The notes under the pieces: model-generated | Databases searched by the model: none | Seen by the model: the letters and a program-made list of their open reading frames with translations, nothing else | Told to the model about the DNA's origin: nothing | Position numbers and translations under genes: made by a program | Assembly (NCBI RefSeq): GCF_001194135.2 | Contig: NC_068984.1 | Coordinates: forward strand, 55,532,585 to 55,595,648 | DNA: 63,064 bases | Reading direction: 5' to 3' | DNA from: Octopus bimaculoides | Lineage: Eukaryota | Part shown: positions 1 through 14,445 of the stretch, in pieces | Layout: each line of letters begins with the position of its first letter | How positions within the stretch are numbered: the first letter of the stretch is position 1

Positions 1-223
1 CGCTTTTGCCGAACCGCTATTTGACTTTAATAAAACAAAATATTTGTTTCTGTTTCTGAAACGTTAATTTAAAAAATTGTTTCCCTGATTTCTGGTATTG
101 TGATGTAAACTACCCTAAAAATGCCAGATCTATTTTACCGCTCAGTGGTCTATCCCGCAGTCTTTATTGTGTTTCTTCTTTCATTTTCTCTCTTTTTCTT
201 TTTTTTTTTTCTACACCACAAAG

Positions 224-339
224 CAAGGGACATAATTACGGCTAGGAATGATGATCCAATGACTGCTAAGGCAGAGCAAGGTGCCAGTAATATGTTGAGA
301 AATGTTAAATGCTTGTGCAATAAACCGAAGTGCGATTAA
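224..339 (+). CDS. Candidate terminal coding exon of an unknown upstream gene (ARDIITARNDDPMTAKAEQGASNMLRNVKCLCNKPKCD*)
   Basis: A long polypyrimidine tract (~170-212) ends in CAAAG (AG 222-223). Only the phase-1 frame stays open (38 aa to TAA at 337-339), and AT-rich UTR-like sequence follows. No homology recognised. Confidence 0.3.
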
Positions 340-1511
340 TTTGTTTATCACCTGTAACACTCCAAAGCTCTGTATGAGGTTATAGATTCCATTATTAATA
401 TTTTCCTAATTGTAAACATTAATCCTTTTCAATGTGTAATTGAATAATTTTATTTCTAAACTTCGCTATTTGACTATGATACGATTACAAAAATACGTGT
501 GCAACAGAGTCAAATCAAAACCCTCTTGGGCGAATATTTTAGAAGGACAGCACTTAATGCTTAATTGATTGACGTACAGTTCATTAAGCAAATGCCTGAG
601 TTAAGTATGACAGAAATAATTGTGTAAACAGTTTGCTGAAAATACTGTCCAGGTTTAATGACATTTTCTCGTGACATCCAGACATGTGAATGTGTAAACT
701 ACTAGCGCCCGTTTTAATGGTTATCATACGGCAATACAGCCATTAAAACAATAAATAAAAGCTGCTGTTAACCAGCCCCTCAGTTCTGAAACATTTACCA
801 TTACTAAACAATATTAAAGAGGCGATAAAATAGAAATCTGTTGTTTTCTAAGAAAGACGTACAAAACACGATAAATTCTTCAAAAGAATTTCATTGAAAA
901 CTAAAACGAAACAAGAATAGATATTGTAAATGAAAGCTATTTATAAGAAAGAAACAAATATCGGTAGAATTAAACGAGGATTATTTGTGCAATGCGAGGA
1001 GAATAAAAACATCAGGCAATGACAGACAAACGATATAGCAATTTCCATGATATTTTATTAATAAATAATTCCCTTCCACGAATATAAGTCGGCATCAGAT
1101 TAGCTTATATTCTAAATCTCAGTAAATAATAAAAGAAGCAAATGAAAGATCAGCAGAGAAAGAATGCCTATTCATTCATAAAGTCGAAAAATAGAAAATT
1201 TAGCAAGTCATATATAAAACAATATAATGACGCAAGAAGAGAAGATATTGATTAGTTTAGTGAATACAAAAGCCAAAGAGGATTCCATTATATCTGCGTG
1301 CGTATGTGTGTGTGTGTGTGTGTGTTTGTGCGTCTGTGTGTGCTTGTATGTATGTATCATGTATGTATGTGTACGTGCTTATGACTGCGTGTGTGTATGT
1401 ACGTGAGGATACACGCGCCTGTGAGCATGTTTGCATGTATGAATAAGTGAGGGTTTATGCATTTTTACGTATTACGGTGTGTATGTGTGAGCATGTGTGT
1501 ATGTCTATATG

Positions 1512-1545
<34 letters not shown>

Positions 1546-1641
1546 GTGTGTGTATGTGTGTATATATATATATGTGTGTCTATATATATATATACACATG
1601 TACATGTATATATATATATAGACACACATATATGTATATGT

Positions 1642-1675
<34 letters not shown>

Positions 1676-1690
1676 NNNNNNNNNNATATA

Positions 1691-1727
<37 letters not shown>

Positions 1728-2225
1728 GTATGTATATATGTATATATTTATATATACATCATAGCAATATATCATATCAGAGCCACCACCTTATATAACC
1801 ATAAGAACAATGAACAATGTCTTAAACACTATGTTCCCGTAAACAAGATGCTTAACAATGCATCCGGATAAATTCGCTTAAAATGATATAAAATCAGGGG
1901 AAAATGTCAAAAATATTACAATAGAGATTACTGAGAGTTTGAGTAATTTCAAATGGTTGCATTGCAACTAACAATCTTGTACGAAATTAGTATAGAACTG
2001 TCATGTGTGGGAGAAGAAACAGGTTAGGAATCTATTTACCATTCTTTAAAACTTAATGTAAATATATATGCATGTATACACGAAAGCAATTACATTCAAT
2101 GTGAGAGTTTGTGAGTGCAAATCTTTTTGTATATGTATTCCTGAGTCTGTCTTACTCTGTATGTATATTTGAATGCCTGCTATATGCAAATAGATAAAGA
2201 CACAGACATACACACATACAGACAC

Positions 2226-2280
<55 letters not shown>

Positions 2281-4707
2281 NNNNNNNNNNNNNNNNNNNN
2301 NNNNNNNNNNNNNNNNNNNNNNNNNNNNNNNNNNNNNNNNNNNNNNNNNNNNNNNNNNNNNNNNNNNNNNNNNNNNNNNNNNNNNNNNNNNNNNNNNNNN
2401 NNNNNNNNNNNNNNNNNNNNNNNNNNNNNNNNNNNNNNNNNNNNNNNNNNNNNNNNNNNNNNNNNNNNNNNNNNNNNNNNNNNNNNNNNNNNNNNNNNNN
2501 NNNNNNNNNNNNNNNNNNNNNNNNNNNNNNNNNNNNNNNNNNNNNNNNNNNNNNNNNNNNNNNNNNNNNNNNNNNNNNNNNNNNNNNNNNNNNNNNNNNN
2601 NNNNNNATATATATATATATATATATATACTCCTTTACTTTTACTTCAGTCAGTGTACAGTAGCTAGTCTTGCCAAGCCATCACCTTCACGTCTTCATTG
2701 ATTCAATAACCTTAGTTCTGACTTTTTAAAAGTCTGATACGTATTCCATATATATTTCTTTGGGCAAAGTCATTATTTTACAGGAGTGTAAACAAACTAA
2801 TCTTGGTTGCCAAGCGTTGACAAATACACACAAACACAAACAAGCACTCTTACACACACGCACACACACACACACACTCACACACACACGTAAATATATA
2901 CATATATACATAGATGCATACACAAATACATGCAAGCATGCATACATACGTACACGCATTATATTAATCTTCGTATGTAGGTATGCCTGCCTGCATGCAT
3001 GTATGTCTGTATGTATATATGTATGTAACACCGAAACAATGGTAGTAATTATAATAGGTTTTATAACTTGCTACTTTGCTTGTAGTTATATTAACAGTTT
3101 CTAACTAAGAAAATATGCAGGAGGTAAACGTTTGAGATCAGTGCAGACAGCTTAAATGCCGTATAGCATCTTTTTAAACACCACCTCCTAAACAGCAACG
3201 CAAAAATGAGTATGTGAATCTAGTACTGGAAAGCGAAAGCAACAATATCCTACGTGGCGGCAGTAACCTCCTCAATAGGTATTCTGTTCCTAATGACCTC
3301 TCTTATAACCCCCAAACAGCTGAGCTAACTTGTCTTGAAGAGTACCTAAGTATGAAACGATCATCATAACAAATTATACAAAAAATATCTATCGGTATGC
3401 ATAGAACATTCAGTTTCTATACGAAGGTTATGATTTCATGTTTATACCAATGATAAATAGTTCACTTTGTTATGTTACTAAATATGTAAGTAATAATGTG
3501 ACTACGTCGTGGATTTCAGAAAAAGTAATCAACCAGCTAACACGCAAATCACAAATGAAGATATGCAAAACTTCTCAAGTTACCATCTTCAACATTGAAT
3601 GAAGCTTTCAAATAAAAATGGAAAATGACACATGTATATGCATTTATGCATACACACTAAGTCTGTGGATAGCTGAATCAGTGGAGTGATGGGAACAATT
3701 CGCTGTTGCTTTTAGTTACGTCCATAATGTCCTGAGTTCAAATTCTAGCGTGGTTATCTTCTTCACTTATCCATCTGTTACTGATAAAATAAGTAATGCT
3801 TAAGTAATGAAGCCAGTTAATCATTTATGCCTTCTCCCAAAATGCGTGGCTTTATATATCGGGATTATCTGGCGCAGAAAGACGGTGAATTTTATCTTTA
3901 GATATTTTAAGTACAAATCCAGCCAAGGTTAATTTTACTCATTTTTCCCGAGATAAGGTAAATATACTAACATCCTTCTCTCCAAACTGCTGGCCTTGTG
4001 CCTAAATAAAAAGCAATTGACTGATGTTGAGATTATAATAACTTGCATTGTATTATTCTCTTGGGCTCACCAAGTTTTGTCTCTTAGTTTTGCCGGAACA
4101 AATAAATAAATTTTTAGCTTGTCTACATGTTTATAGTGGCCATAAGAATATACTGAGGAAACAAATTTTATGCATGGCCACGCGTGTATGGTAGACAAAA
4201 AATGTACTCATTTTTTATTTAGTGAGTCATGGGTAGTCGTTCTCACACAATATCGATCAAATATATTTTGAACAATGTTTCTTCTAATAAAGATACTTGG
4301 ATAAGTTCTGAAGGAAGATGTTTGTAATGATAATAAAAAAAAATGATTTCACTAAAGATTTGGTAGTGTATTTCAGACACTAAGTCTATTGGTATGTTAT
4401 TCTATTCTAGATCTGGTTACCATCTAAAATCACTAACTATTCAGTATTGGTTTACATCGAGTTAGAAGATAGAAGGTAAGAAGGAAAACAAAATTATAAA
4501 GAAAGAATTGAAGAAAAGTTCCTCCTATAATATCAGTGAACGAGTGTATCTTATAGAGATTAAGTCATTTGTGAAATGTCTCGTTTTATTCATATTTGAA
4601 TTAGTTAATATACCAATATATCATAGACGAACCTAAAATATGTGTATTCATAAATTCAGTCATACATATTCAGTCATAGGTATATGTGTGTGTATTGTTT
4701 GTGTGTG

Positions 4708-4776
<69 letters not shown>

Positions 4777-6619
4777 ATCTGTGTACGTGTTATTTTGATA
4801 CTTTATATGCATTTACAATTATTTGAATGAGAATAGTATTCGTGCGTATATTTGTTAGTGTTTGTGTTTGAGTGTTTTCTGCCTCTCTTTCACCCTCATT
4901 CCCTCTCTTCCCTCTCTCACTCTCTCTCTCTCTCTTTATCTCTGTAGTGTTTGCTAAAAATATAGCTAGCACATCACCATAAAATATATAGACGTATAGC
5001 CGTCTAGCTCTTGACTTTGAAACAATTTATCTTGTGTTATAATTCACATCGATGTTACACATGAAGTCAAATGAAACGAAGATGGAGTCTCGCTAAAACA
5101 ACTAGATCAATATCAAAATTATCACAATTTCTTAACTACGAAAGACGGATTACAAGACAACGGGAAACGCGCACAGTAAAAATAAAAATAAAAAAGGCTG
5201 AGTAATGATAATGATAATGCGAATCAGTATGTAAGGGAAAAATAGATATTTGAAAAAACAAAAGTGCTACAAAGTGAAGAGTTGAATGTTGATTCAGCTG
5301 TCATTAACTATTATTCAGATGTCTACGTTTTCCGGGTGTTTAAATCGTCTTTACACGAATATGTTGGATGTAGACACTTGCATATTTATGAACGTAACAA
5401 AAGATACACAAAATCACTTTGTTATTACATAGTAAATGTCAATTTTGATCTGGTGCAGCTGCAGTCTTCCAAGCCTAGAAACGGAAACAAGAATCATAAT
5501 AATTCCTAAGTTTCGTGTTGCAATAAAGTTTACATCCTCATGTTAATTCCTTTATAATATTACTGTCTAAAGAAGAGTATATTCTGCGGATTAAATCGCT
5601 GGTGCTTAGGACAAATTAGGAGAACTCAAATTATGTATTTATGATAACGATTTGAAAATAAATTGCAACAATAATTCAGACAGATAAGAACTTCTCTTTA
5701 ATAAAGTATGTTAAAATATGGTTTGTTTATTAAATTTGAGCAGCAGAGTGTCAGGATACATAAAATACTTGATGTTTCTATGCATCACCTTTTACGAAGA
5801 TTTATCATGATTTCTTAGTGTATATTCTTTCAAAAATACAAAAATTAAAACATCATGGCTTTGTCAAGAACCAGTCAGATACGAGAAATATTAAAGATAT
5901 TTATAATTTATAATTTATTTCATGAACCGTTTAATATGATCAAACTTTTATAACTCAAATCTAAAGTGACAAATCTATGATCAAAATGTTTCGAACGTTA
6001 TCACCTCATTCTTTTCCATACCAGAAACCACAGTGTGATTTGACTTAGATTTTTCCATTTATCTATAGGAGGTCGAGTAACTACGTTGTGACTGCTTTCA
6101 GTCTATTTTTATATCTCTGTGTTCTGATTTCAAATCCCAATTGAGATCATCCTAATAATTCATTTCTTCGTAGTTGATAAAATAACTACAGCTAAGTGCT
6201 GAAATCGATTAAATCGATTATACGTCTCCCTTAAAATGTGTGATGCGTGCCAATACATGTGATCAATTCATTAAACAGAGTATGACATCAAGTGCAGGTA
6301 AGCTAGCAGTAAACGACCTTCAAGTCGATAAGTAGTTTCAGTTTCAATTCCAGTAAAAGACATTCCAGTTCATATATTCTATATTGTTAATGACGCTAAG
6401 AAAATTATGAATATCGCAAGAGGTTGGGATTATTAACAAAGATATCTTTGGAACTAATATCAACATTGTATGTCTTTCTTAGTAGTATTTATGCTATAAC
6501 TAAACGGTTTATCAGACCTGTCATCCGAAACCTACTCTCAGATTTACCTCATTATCAACTAGGAACAATATCAATTCTCTTCATTCAATTTCTAGAGGAA
6601 TATATTAGTTTCTAATTTT

Positions 6620-6790
6620 AGCACAAAGCCAGCAATTTTGTGTGAGGAGCTAGTCTATTACATCGACCCCAGTGCTTAACTTGTACTTATTTTATCGATT
6701 TTATTGACATTTATCGAGAGGATGAAAGGCAAAGTAAACTTCGACGGAATTAGAACTCAGAACGTAAAGCCGGAGAAATGCCGTTAAGCA
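6620..6790 (-). mobile_element. tRNA-derived SINE, family D (degraded)
   Basis: Reverse complement matches the head and body shared with copies at 35340, 43119, 61070 and 62386 (gttctgagttc(t)aattcc...cctttcatcc...tcgataaaataagtac). Confidence 0.7.
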
Positions 6791-7208
6791 TATTAGCACT
6801 TGGGGATATAGCTGCATGCTAATGGATTTCGCATCCCGGCCACGTGGTTTTGCATTGAATCCTCGTGCATTAAACCTTCAGTGGTATCTTCCAACATAAC
6901 CTCTGTTAGAATAATGCCATATGGAAAAACATCGGAAACAGCGCATATGTCATTTGCAATTATGTATGCATGTATGTTCTCTTCTTAATTATTTCAATTC
7001 TTATTACGAGAAAGTGGTTGAGCAAAATTCAACTTCTGGAATTTAGGTAACAACACATTTATTTTAAGTATTCCGCTTCCAGATAATGTGAAGTGCCTGA
7101 TAGATGGTTGTTATTTTTATTTTCCAAAAGGGTATTAGCTTTCAGAGGCTGGTATTCAAACATTTACAAATATTAGCCAAGTGCATCAATATAATTTTGC
7201 ATGTGCGT

Positions 7209-7250
<42 letters not shown>

Positions 7251-7738
7251 NNNNNNNNNNNNNNNNNNNNNNNNNNNNNNNNNNNNNNNNNNNNNNNNNN
7301 NNNNNNNNNNNNNNNNNNNNNNNNNNNNNNNNNNNNNNNNNNNNNNNNNNNNNNNNNNNNNNNNNNNNNNNNNNNNNNNNNNNNNNNNNNNNNNNNNNNN
7401 NNNNNNNNNNNNNNNNNNNNNNNNNNNNNNNNNNNNNNNNNNNNNNNNNNNNNNNNNNNNNNNNNNNNNNNNNNNNNNNNNNNNNNNNNNNNNNNNNNNN
7501 NNNNNNNNNNNNNNNNNNNNNNNNNNNNNNNNNNNNNNNNNNNNNNNNNNNNNNNNNNNNNNNNNNNNNNNNNNNNNNNNNNNNNNNNNNNNNNNNNNNN
7601 NNNNNNNNNNNNNNNNNNNNNNNNNNNNNNNNNNNNNNNNNNNNNNNNNNNNNNNNNNNNNNNNNNNNNNNNNNNNNNNNNNNNNNNNNNNNNNNNNNNN
7701 NNNNNNNNNNNNNNNNNNNNNNNNNNNNNNNNNNNNNN

Positions 7739-7780
<42 letters not shown>

Positions 7781-8162
7781 GTGTGCGTGTGTGTGTATCG
7801 GTGTTGGATGTAAAAATTGGCGAGAAAACCAAAATATCGATGTCTTACAAATGACACATCTTGAAATGTATTTTATTCACCGGGTTAGACACTTGCTTGT
7901 CACTCTCGATATCAGATCACAATGGATCACCAATTCCTAGTTCGAGTACCGCTAAGCAACGGCGATTCCCTACACCAAATGCGGTACACATAAATGACAA
8001 ATTCAAACCCTAAAATCATATAACCCAAGTATTAAAACTTACTAGCATATTCGGCTTTCCATCATGTGACTCCTACTCAGTAGTATTTTCCACTAAACAA
8101 GATATATCACTTTGAAAATGAAAGCTGTTAATGTAATATCTGATGGATATTAAAAGACAGTG

Positions 8163-8482
8163 AAAGCGTGTGTCTTAGTGGTTAGGGTATTCGACTAATA
8201 ATCGTAAGATCATGAGTTCAATTTCAAGCGACGCATTATGTTCTTGAGCAAGATACTTCATTTCTCGTTGCTCCAGTCCACTCAAGTAGTATAAATGAGA
8301 TGCGCCTGTTTCATGGGTCAGCCTTGTCTCATTCTGTATCACGTTGAATCTCTCTGAGAACTACCTCAATGGTACAGGTGTCTTTGAGTACTCAGTCACC
8401 TGCACGTTAATTTCACGAGCAGACTGTCCCGCTGATCGGATCAACTGGAACCCTCGTCGTTATAACCGACGGAGAGCCAGTT
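8163..8482 (+). mobile_element. tRNA-derived SINE, family A
   Basis: A-box-like tagtggttagg and B-box-like gagttcaattt. The body and tail (aatttcacgagcag...gatcaactggaaccctcgtcg...ccgacggag) are shared with copies at 27255-27640 and 27735-28037. Confidence 0.8.
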
Positions 8483-10166
8483 TTGTCTTTATTAAAGGAC
8501 AGTCTCGTTTGTAGACAACTTTGCTATCTATGCTTTATATGAAAGATTGAGTTAAAGAATTCTAACATATTCTTATCATAATAATGGAAACCTATATTTT
8601 AAACATTTTTAAAGTTCTTTGTATTTTCTTCATGGATCTCATATTATCGTATAAAACAGACAGTCAATGACCAGCGCACCTGCAATAGTACGAAATTAAT
8701 GGAAACAATTTTCACGAAAATTAACCTAACAGACTATGTTTTTCTATATAAATTACACAGAAATTTGTAAATGATTCAGTGTAAGTATATTTCTCATTTT
8801 GGTGTATTGTTGTATAGAGTTATACAGATAGTACGCTGCTGTACTACAGTCAAAATATACAATATTCCTTCTTGAAATTTGATGTCGTGTATATAATTTC
8901 TATGTGTAGTCTCAATTTGCCCGAACTCTTTATATAACATTATCTACTGCTGGTAATACATTCGGGCAAATTTTGAAGATGATCACTTGAAAACATGAGA
9001 AATGGATGATCATCAGTTTTTATCCTATAACAACTTTAATGTTCTCTTAATTACTCTAAAAAGTACAGAGTCACCAAGGTTTAGACAGGAAACCTTATAC
9101 ACTAAATAAGAAATATTCAAAATGCTTTAAATCTTGAAACAGTCATTATGATCAGTTAAGGACACAAAATCTGTTAAATTCATTTTTTGTTTATTTCATA
9201 ATTCATTGTACGATTGGGAAACAAATAAACGTGAATATAACAGTTTTTGTATCTTCTGAATTAGTTATAATGACACTCACGCTAAAGTTACTTCAGGTTC
9301 AACAACCAGCTGCAAATCAAACTATTTGCCAAGCAAATAAATCTCAGAAATTTAAGCCAAAGCGATTCTTTAAATCATTGGTGTAACACGCATATAGTAA
9401 CACACACTCTTTTTTTTATTTATTCTTAACCAGATATCTAATATAAGCAAATTCATTTCGGTTAGAAATAAGCCATTTCTTTCATTTAGCGTGATACTGT
9501 TGAAACTACTTCTCCATATATGTTTAATAATCAAACAGACGGCTAGTACGGGTTCAATCACATTACTACGTCGTCATAACTCATAAAGTTTGTTTTGAAG
9601 GAAGACAAACGTATTTACACATTTACCTTCGACTAACTCAAACCCAATCGTTTTGTTCATTGAATTATGGTAAGTCGTTATAGCTTAGTCCTTTTGTCGG
9701 CTCTAACCAAATCGCTTCATGGTAATGCTCTCTAATCGTGTTCATCTCTTTATTTTCCACTATACCTTCTTTAAGATGGTAGTACGTGATTTGAAAGAAA
9801 TTTTGATTTTAGCTTTATTAAGTCGAACAACCTAGTGAAAGTAATATCTCGCGTTCTTATTGGTTCTTATTGTTCCGTCGGCGTTACAAGGCTGCCACTG
9901 TAGCAGTTGTGTTCTCTGCAGTTTCTGCTACTACTGCTTACTTCTTATATATCTTCATTCAGTTCTACATCAGATATCTTAATAGATCATCCAAAGACCA
10001 CAAGCCAATTTTCGTATTCGTAAATTAATGTAGAAAAACCGTATAAAACACCACCCAGGGTTTAGTTGTAATTTCCATAGCATTTTCTATAGCATATCCT
10101 CAAAAATTCTCTCTGAAATCGCGTTCTTCTGTGTACCGAGTACAGACAATCTTAATAATATCCGTG

Positions 10167-10968
10167 TGAAAAGGGTGAGCTCAAAGAATATTATGCTAAC
10201 TGTGATGGAGTTATGCTAGAGATGTGAATCTTGTATGCATTAATTTCATCATAATTAATAACATCATCGTTTCTAAACTGATATCTGTCTGACTCTTCAA
10301 AGAAAACTTTAGAAGTAACTAATAACGACTTCTCTTGAAAATCAACAAAATTTGGCATCGAAATGTTATCAAGTACCTTCACACAATCCATACAGTGAGA
10401 ACACCCTGACTCACCTGCTCCAAAGAAGGCCAAGCTCGATTCATCTGCAGGGAAGTGGATGGCCTCAGTTTTTTGGGATGCAAAAGTTTATAGAATATCT
10501 TCGGAAGATAGACTGGAGTGTACTGTTCCAACTTACTGAAGCAATTACAGAAGGCTGTCGAGACTAATCTCCTAGAAAAACTAACCAAAGTAGACTTGTT
10601 TCATCGGGACGATGCTTCAGCATTCAAGTCCTTGGTTTCAATGACTGCTGTGAGTGACTGTGGCATTGAACTGGTTGATCACCCTTCCTATTCTCCTGAT
10701 TTGGACCCCTCTGACTATCATCTGTTCTCCAACATAAAATACAATTGGCTGGGAAAAAGTATCACAGTGATGATGACGTCATGTCTGCTGTTGATGTCTT
10801 TCTGGCCAACAGGATGAAAGCTTCTTCACCATTGGAATCTATCACTGTAACACTGATGGAAGAAATGTGTGGACCGCAAGAAGGACTATGTTGAAAACGA
10901 AACCGCATTTGTTCAAATTCCATGAAAGCATTTTGGTCATCCTTTGAACTTTTCAGTCGACCCTCGTA
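10167..10968 (+). mobile_element. Internally deleted, degenerate mariner (Tc1/mariner, DD34D-type) transposon
   Basis: The transposase N-terminus (NKIWHRNVIKYL) is joined to a C-terminal half: SPAPKKAK, MASVFWDAK, LFHRDD, HPSYSPDLDPSDYHLF (mariner YSPDLAPSD motif), WKKCVDR..DYVE. The right TIR (aacttttcagtcgaccctcg) is followed by TA at 10967-10968. A degraded left TIR lies near 10167. Confidence 0.9.
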
Positions 10969-13900
10969 GATACGAGTCAAGAAATTTAACAGCGCAGCAA
11001 CAAATAACACTTGTCTTGCAATCTGTTAGCTTTATGTAAGGAATAGATTGACAATAGCAAAATAATAATTTTCAGAATTTTGCAGAAACTGGTCTTAGAG
11101 ATCTTTTCTCTGATCCACTAAGTAATTTAACATTGACATTACTAACACATCTATTAATTGCTAATTAGAATTACAGAACAGTTTTGACATAGAATTCAAT
11201 ACCTTATTTGTATGCTTCAAATATCTGACGTTTAATTCCTCCTGGTTTATTGAGATTGGTGAGTAAATGTTATACAGTTCTGATATAGTTGTATTTATTC
11301 CAATGGTGGTATCTACTTTTATTGGATTAAGGTCAGTAATACTTCAGTAGAAAATATTTCTGATCACTGAAGACCTCAAGTAATTGGAAATAGTTTATAA
11401 CAAAGAAGAAAGGATTAATTTACTAATCGTACTTGTGATAATCATGATACATGACTTTTTAAAGACGCATCTACATCAGGTATTTTGTTAATGAAATACC
11501 TTTTCAGTAGATTCTATTAAATGACAACCCTTTTTTTATATTTTGAGAAATCTTAAACAAGTTTTCTAACAAAATTAAAAATTCATTTTGGGAAGTAAAT
11601 TAACATCTAAATTAACACATCCATTAATTGATAATTAAAATTACAGGACATTTTTTACATTGAACCCAACCACTTATTTACGTTTCAAACATTTGACGTT
11701 TATTTTACTTATATCATTGCTATCACCTTTATGGCATTTCAACTCGGAACATAAATAGACAAGTAAATCGGAGTGCAGTTTGCACTGGCTCTTCCATCTG
11801 CGATGATGATAGTAATAATAATATTAAAAAATTATAATTGCTATCACCCTCGATAGAATAGCCAGTGGATGGCAGGCAAACTGCCCTATAATATTCTCGC
11901 TTCTTATTCGGAGTTTGAATGCCACAGAAACCGATCTTGCCTTTCATCTTTCAGAATTCGATAAAATAGACTCATTCAAGTATTTGAATCTATTTAAGGT
12001 TCTTTCTTCCAAAAATATGTAGTAGGTTTATTTTTCCCTTTGTCAGAAAAAAATTATAATTGTTATAACTAAAGGGAGTGGGAGTGGAAATGATTTAGAA
12101 TACCCCATTTTACATTCCTCCAGAGGCGGCTTGGTAGTTAATTCTTTTAGGCTTCTTAAAGCAAGTCAGGCAAGGGTTGGATGAGATGGTAACATTTTCT
12201 AAATACTCCCTCTAAATTTAAAGATTTGCGAACGAGGCATGCAGCCCTATTGCGTCACAATGTACCTGAGATATGTAAATGCTGGTATTTCTCTATACTA
12301 AAGTTACCCCGCAGATACAATGCTAAAAACTAGTACATATAATTCATTCTGCTTTAGTCTGTATCATATATTTGTTTCTTAATATCCTTTGGAATTTAAT
12401 ATAATTATTACATTTAGTATATGAAGCGCAAAACGTTCTTCATTCTCTGTCACGGTAAACATCCAAAGAAAGTTAATACGATTACTCTGTATGTTTCAAT
12501 TGTCTGAATACGTGACTAAATTGGTTGTGTGTGATAAAGGCATATATATAACTATATGTATATAGATAGTGTTTTTCTGGAGACATATATAATTATACAT
12601 TTTCGCCGTTGAGCACATATGTATACGTATCTATGCATAACAGTGGAGGTGTCTGTGATCAAACATAATTGTATTTTAAACACCGTTCTACATGGTGAGA
12701 CTGTATATGAGTTAGAATATGTGACTGCTTAAAAGCGAACTATTCAATATCAGTTGAAACAATGTATCACTGATGGCAATATAACAAGACATTAAAGTAG
12801 AAAAATCATCAAAAGAGCAATTCTATTATGAAAATAAAATAGATGAGACGTGGATTGAAGAAAATATCTTACACAGACTTCATTAAATGGACATGAATAG
12901 AATAAATTTATCCTTGAAGGTGTATCAGAAATAAGTCTTCCAATGGCAAACGTCTCAATATACAACTTCCTGGATCACTTTTTTCACTTATGGAATGTGT
13001 TTACAAATTACAATGTAACAAAATTCTAATTCGGTAATTTATTTAAAGAGCTATTAGGACAAACTATTCTGTCATAAATGTCTCTAGTTCAACTGCAAAC
13101 AGTTTTACTCTTCCTACACATGTACTGCACTGACGAAAGCGAATTCAATTTTTTAATCATTAAAGCTGTTAGCAGATAAATACAATCTTTCCTCCGTCTA
13201 TGTGGAGGTGTTAGGCTATTTTTAAGACTGACAAAGAATTTTAATACAAAATTGTTTACGTGATATTTTATTGATGTAAATCGAGAGTTGCAATTGTGAT
13301 AGTGATACGAAATTATCTCTATGGCTGATGCATGAAACTAAAATCGGATGTGTTTATTACTGAAAGTTCAGTAAACAAATATTTAATGAGTAGCCTTTTT
13401 AAATATGAATACTTATGTGCACACATGCGTACATGTACGAATATACACACATACGCTCGAGTACACGTGCACACATATATTCATATATACGAATATACTT
13501 AAATACAGAGATTTATATTTATGTATCTATATGTGTGTCTATAGATATTTATATTTTTATCAAATATTTATTTATGTAAAAGGTTTTTATTATCAGCTCT
13601 TTTTATTTGTTATAATATTAAATACATGTACACAACAATACATTCATGCATATATTTACAATAACGCTTATATACACTCATATAAATATATTTACAAAAG
13701 CGCTTATATTTTATATATTTATGTAGCTGTTTATATTTATGATCATAATGTTTCAAATACTTTTTGTGTGTTTAAAAAGTCCTTATCAGTTTTTTTTCTT
13801 GCAGAATATTTCAGATTTGAAATTTAAAATAATGTACAAGGCGAAAAATACAGTGGGGAAAAGTGAGGAAACAGAAACAATGTGTTTAATATCCTAATGA

Positions 13901-14166
13901 TCAAACTTACTTTAAAATTCAATTACACCGCATACATCTAATAAACTCTGTCATATGTACTTCAGTGTGTTGCTTCATATTTCTTGTAGCCTTCAATCAT
14001 GTTCAATTAAGTTATAATGAAGATAATGTAAATATATATGTATAGGTGTGTGTGTGTGTGTGCGTTTATATGCATGTATATAACATTTATATACATATAT
14101 GTGTGTGTGTACGTGTGTATGAGCGTGTGTGCGTGTGTATCTGTACATGTCTGTGTGTGTTTTGCG

Positions 14167-14213
<47 letters not shown>

Positions 14214-14385
14214 TTATATGCATGTATATAACATTTATNNNNNNNNNNNNNNNNNNNNNNNNNNNNNNNNNNNNNNNNNNNNNNNNNNNNNNNNNNNNNN
14301 NNNNNNNNNNNNNNNNNNNNNNNNNNNNNNNNNNNNNNNNNNNNNNNNNNNNNNNNNNNNNNNNNNNNNNNNNNNNNNNNNNNNN

Positions 14386-14445
<60 letters not shown>

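Noticed and set aside
14060-14238. 31-bp sequence repeated at a 148-bp period, ending at an N-gap
   Set aside because: It abuts a gap within (TG)n DNA and is most simply a collapsed minisatellite or a scaffolding artefact.
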